DNA of 64,000 nt from an uncultured Candidatus Entotheonella sp. (GTDB taxonomy: Bacteria; Tectomicrobia; Entotheonellia; Entotheonellales; Entotheonellaceae): positions 2,560,001 through 2,624,000 of the forward strand of contig OZ244252.1 in the NCBI GenBank assembly GCA_965217185.1, in the 5' to 3' direction. The position numbers and the translations under genes are program-made. The notes under the pieces are model-generated. The model had not been told where the DNA came from, did not search any database, and saw only the letters and a list, made by a program, of their open reading frames with translations. Each line of letters starts with the position of its first letter. The stretch's first letter is position 1. Shown piece after piece: positions 62,426 through 64,000 of this stretch.

Positions 62426-64000
62426 GTGTCCACGTCTTCGAAGGTCCGCTACCAGGCGGACGAGAACCCACCAGGCCCGCTCGCCTTCGGCCTTGGCCTG
62501 CAATATGCCGTGCTCACCATTGCCGGCATCGTGCTCACCCCCGCCATTGTGATTCGCGCTGCCGGACTGGGCGACCCGCTGCTCACCTGGGCCGCATTCG
62601 CGGCGTTGGTCGTTAGCGGTGTGACGACCGTCGTCCAGGCCCGCCGGGTGGGGCACGTCGGCGCCGGCCACATCCTGTTGATGGGCACGTCCGGCGCCTT
62701 CATCGCCGTGTGCGTCACCGCCTTGATTGAGGGTGGCGCTGCCCTGCTCGCAACGCTTGTCATCGTTTCCTCGCTGTTCCAGTTTCTTTTCGCCTGGCGA
62801 CTCTCCTGGCTACGACGGGTCATCACGCCCATTGTCGGCGGCACCGTCATCATGCTCATCGCGGTCACCGTTATGCCCATCATCTTTGGCATGCTGGCCA
62901 AGGTCCCGCCCGGCGCACCGCCCGCGGCAGCGCCGGTGAGTGCGTTGGCAACCTTGGCCCTTATCGTTGGCATTGTGATGCGCGGGCGCGGCCATCTCCG
63001 TCTGTGGGCGCCAGTGGTCGGCGTGGTGGGCGGCTGCGTGGTGGCGGGCTTTTTCGGCCTTTACGATTGGGTGTAAGTCCGAAATTGAGCGATTCTGAGG
63101 GGGTCTGGTACGGCTTGGGGACATGATTGATGCGCGAGGTGACAAAGTGTCACGTAGGACGGTGGGTGATGGGCAGCACTCCTCTGGGGTATTGTTGGTT
63201 TATCTACAAAATTGGCGCACGGACGGGCCGCCTAACTGGTCAATTTGAGACCTACGCCCTTACGATTGGACTCGGGTGATCGAAGCACCGTGGGTCGGCA
63301 TTCCCACCGCGGGCTTCGGCGGCTGGGACCTCCGGTTCGGTCCGGCATTCTGGGCGCTGCTGCCGGCCTTCGTGTTTGTCACCGTGGTCGGAGCCATCGA
63401 AACTGTTGGCGACGCGGTGGCCATCCAGCGGGTGTCGTGGCGCAACGAGCGGGCCGTGGATTACCGCGCGGTTCAGGGCGCGGTGAACGCGGACGGGCTC
63501 GGCAACCTACTCTCCGGCCTACTCGGCACCATCCCGAACACAACTTATTCAACCAGCGTTGCAGTTGCCGAACTCACCGGCGTCGGGGCGCGCGTGGTCG
63601 GCGTCTATATCGGCGCCCTGTTTCTGGCGTTCGCCTTCCTGCCCAAGGTCCCCGCAGTGCTCCTGGCCATTCCCGGTCCGGTGGCGGGCGCCTACATCAT
63701 GGTGCTTCTCTCCATGCTGTTCGTGCTGGGCATGAAAATCGTCATCCAGGACGGCGTGGACTACAAGAAAGGGGTGATTGTCGGCGTCTCTTTCTGGATC
63801 GGCGTCGGCTTCCAGCATGAGTTGATCTTCGCGGACCGACTTGGCGAGTGGTGGGGCGCTCTGCTGGGCAACGGCATGACCGCCGGCGGCTTGGCGGCTA
63901 TCGTGCTTTCTTTGGCGCTGGACCTGACCGGCGGCAGGCGGGTGCGCATGGAGGCGGAATTAAACGTGGAGGCTTTGCCCGCCATCCGGACGTTCCTGCA
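62426..64000 (+). pseudogene. NCS2 (xanthine/uracil) permease interrupted by a MITE; 3'-partial
   Basis: GLQYAVL, TPIVGGTVIMLI. Removing the insert gives GLYDW-TRVIEAPWVG...IETVGD...ADGLGN...PNTTYS in frame. Confidence 0.88.
63069..63259. mobile_element. 191-bp MITE with imperfect TIRs and 8-bp TSD
   Basis: Left GGGTGTAAGTCCGAAATTG versus right reverse complement GGGCGTAGGTCTCAAATTG (15/19); TSD TTACGATT at 63061-63068 and 63260-63267. Confidence 0.88.

Overview
GC-rich bacterial chromosomal window, mostly housekeeping and metabolic genes: rlmD, uvrC, uvrB, a transketolase-like enzyme, an M20 peptidase, a peptide-type ABC transporter, a GAF-GspE ATPase, an erpA/nuoA-H-G-I/HdrD-like/iscS cluster, thiD, nadD, ychF, frc, a MutS-like ATPase, a HACL/Oxc-family ThDP lyase, pilX/pilY1, pcm, class I LysRS, folC, an amidohydrolase and an NCS2 permease. 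The LRR/Calx-beta/RTX and NHL-repeat proteins and small coiled-coil genes suggest a host-associated (e.g. sponge-symbiont-like) organism; this is inference only. Accessory elements read directly from the DNA: (i) an orphan type I-E-like CRISPR array (6 repeats) whose spacers look like bacterial chromosomal sequence (one reads as GyrA) and whose last repeat runs straight into a phage-like lysozyme region; (ii) two different MITEs with TIRs and 8-bp target duplications, each splitting a gene; (iii) three dispersed repeat families; (iv) a decaying defence-like islet (Rpn with an internal start, membrane HNH, HEPN protein, TM2 and methyltransferase pseudogenes); (v) a decayed parDE/recombinase remnant. 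No cas, rRNA or tRNA genes were seen. All family calls come from motif recognition, not database searches.
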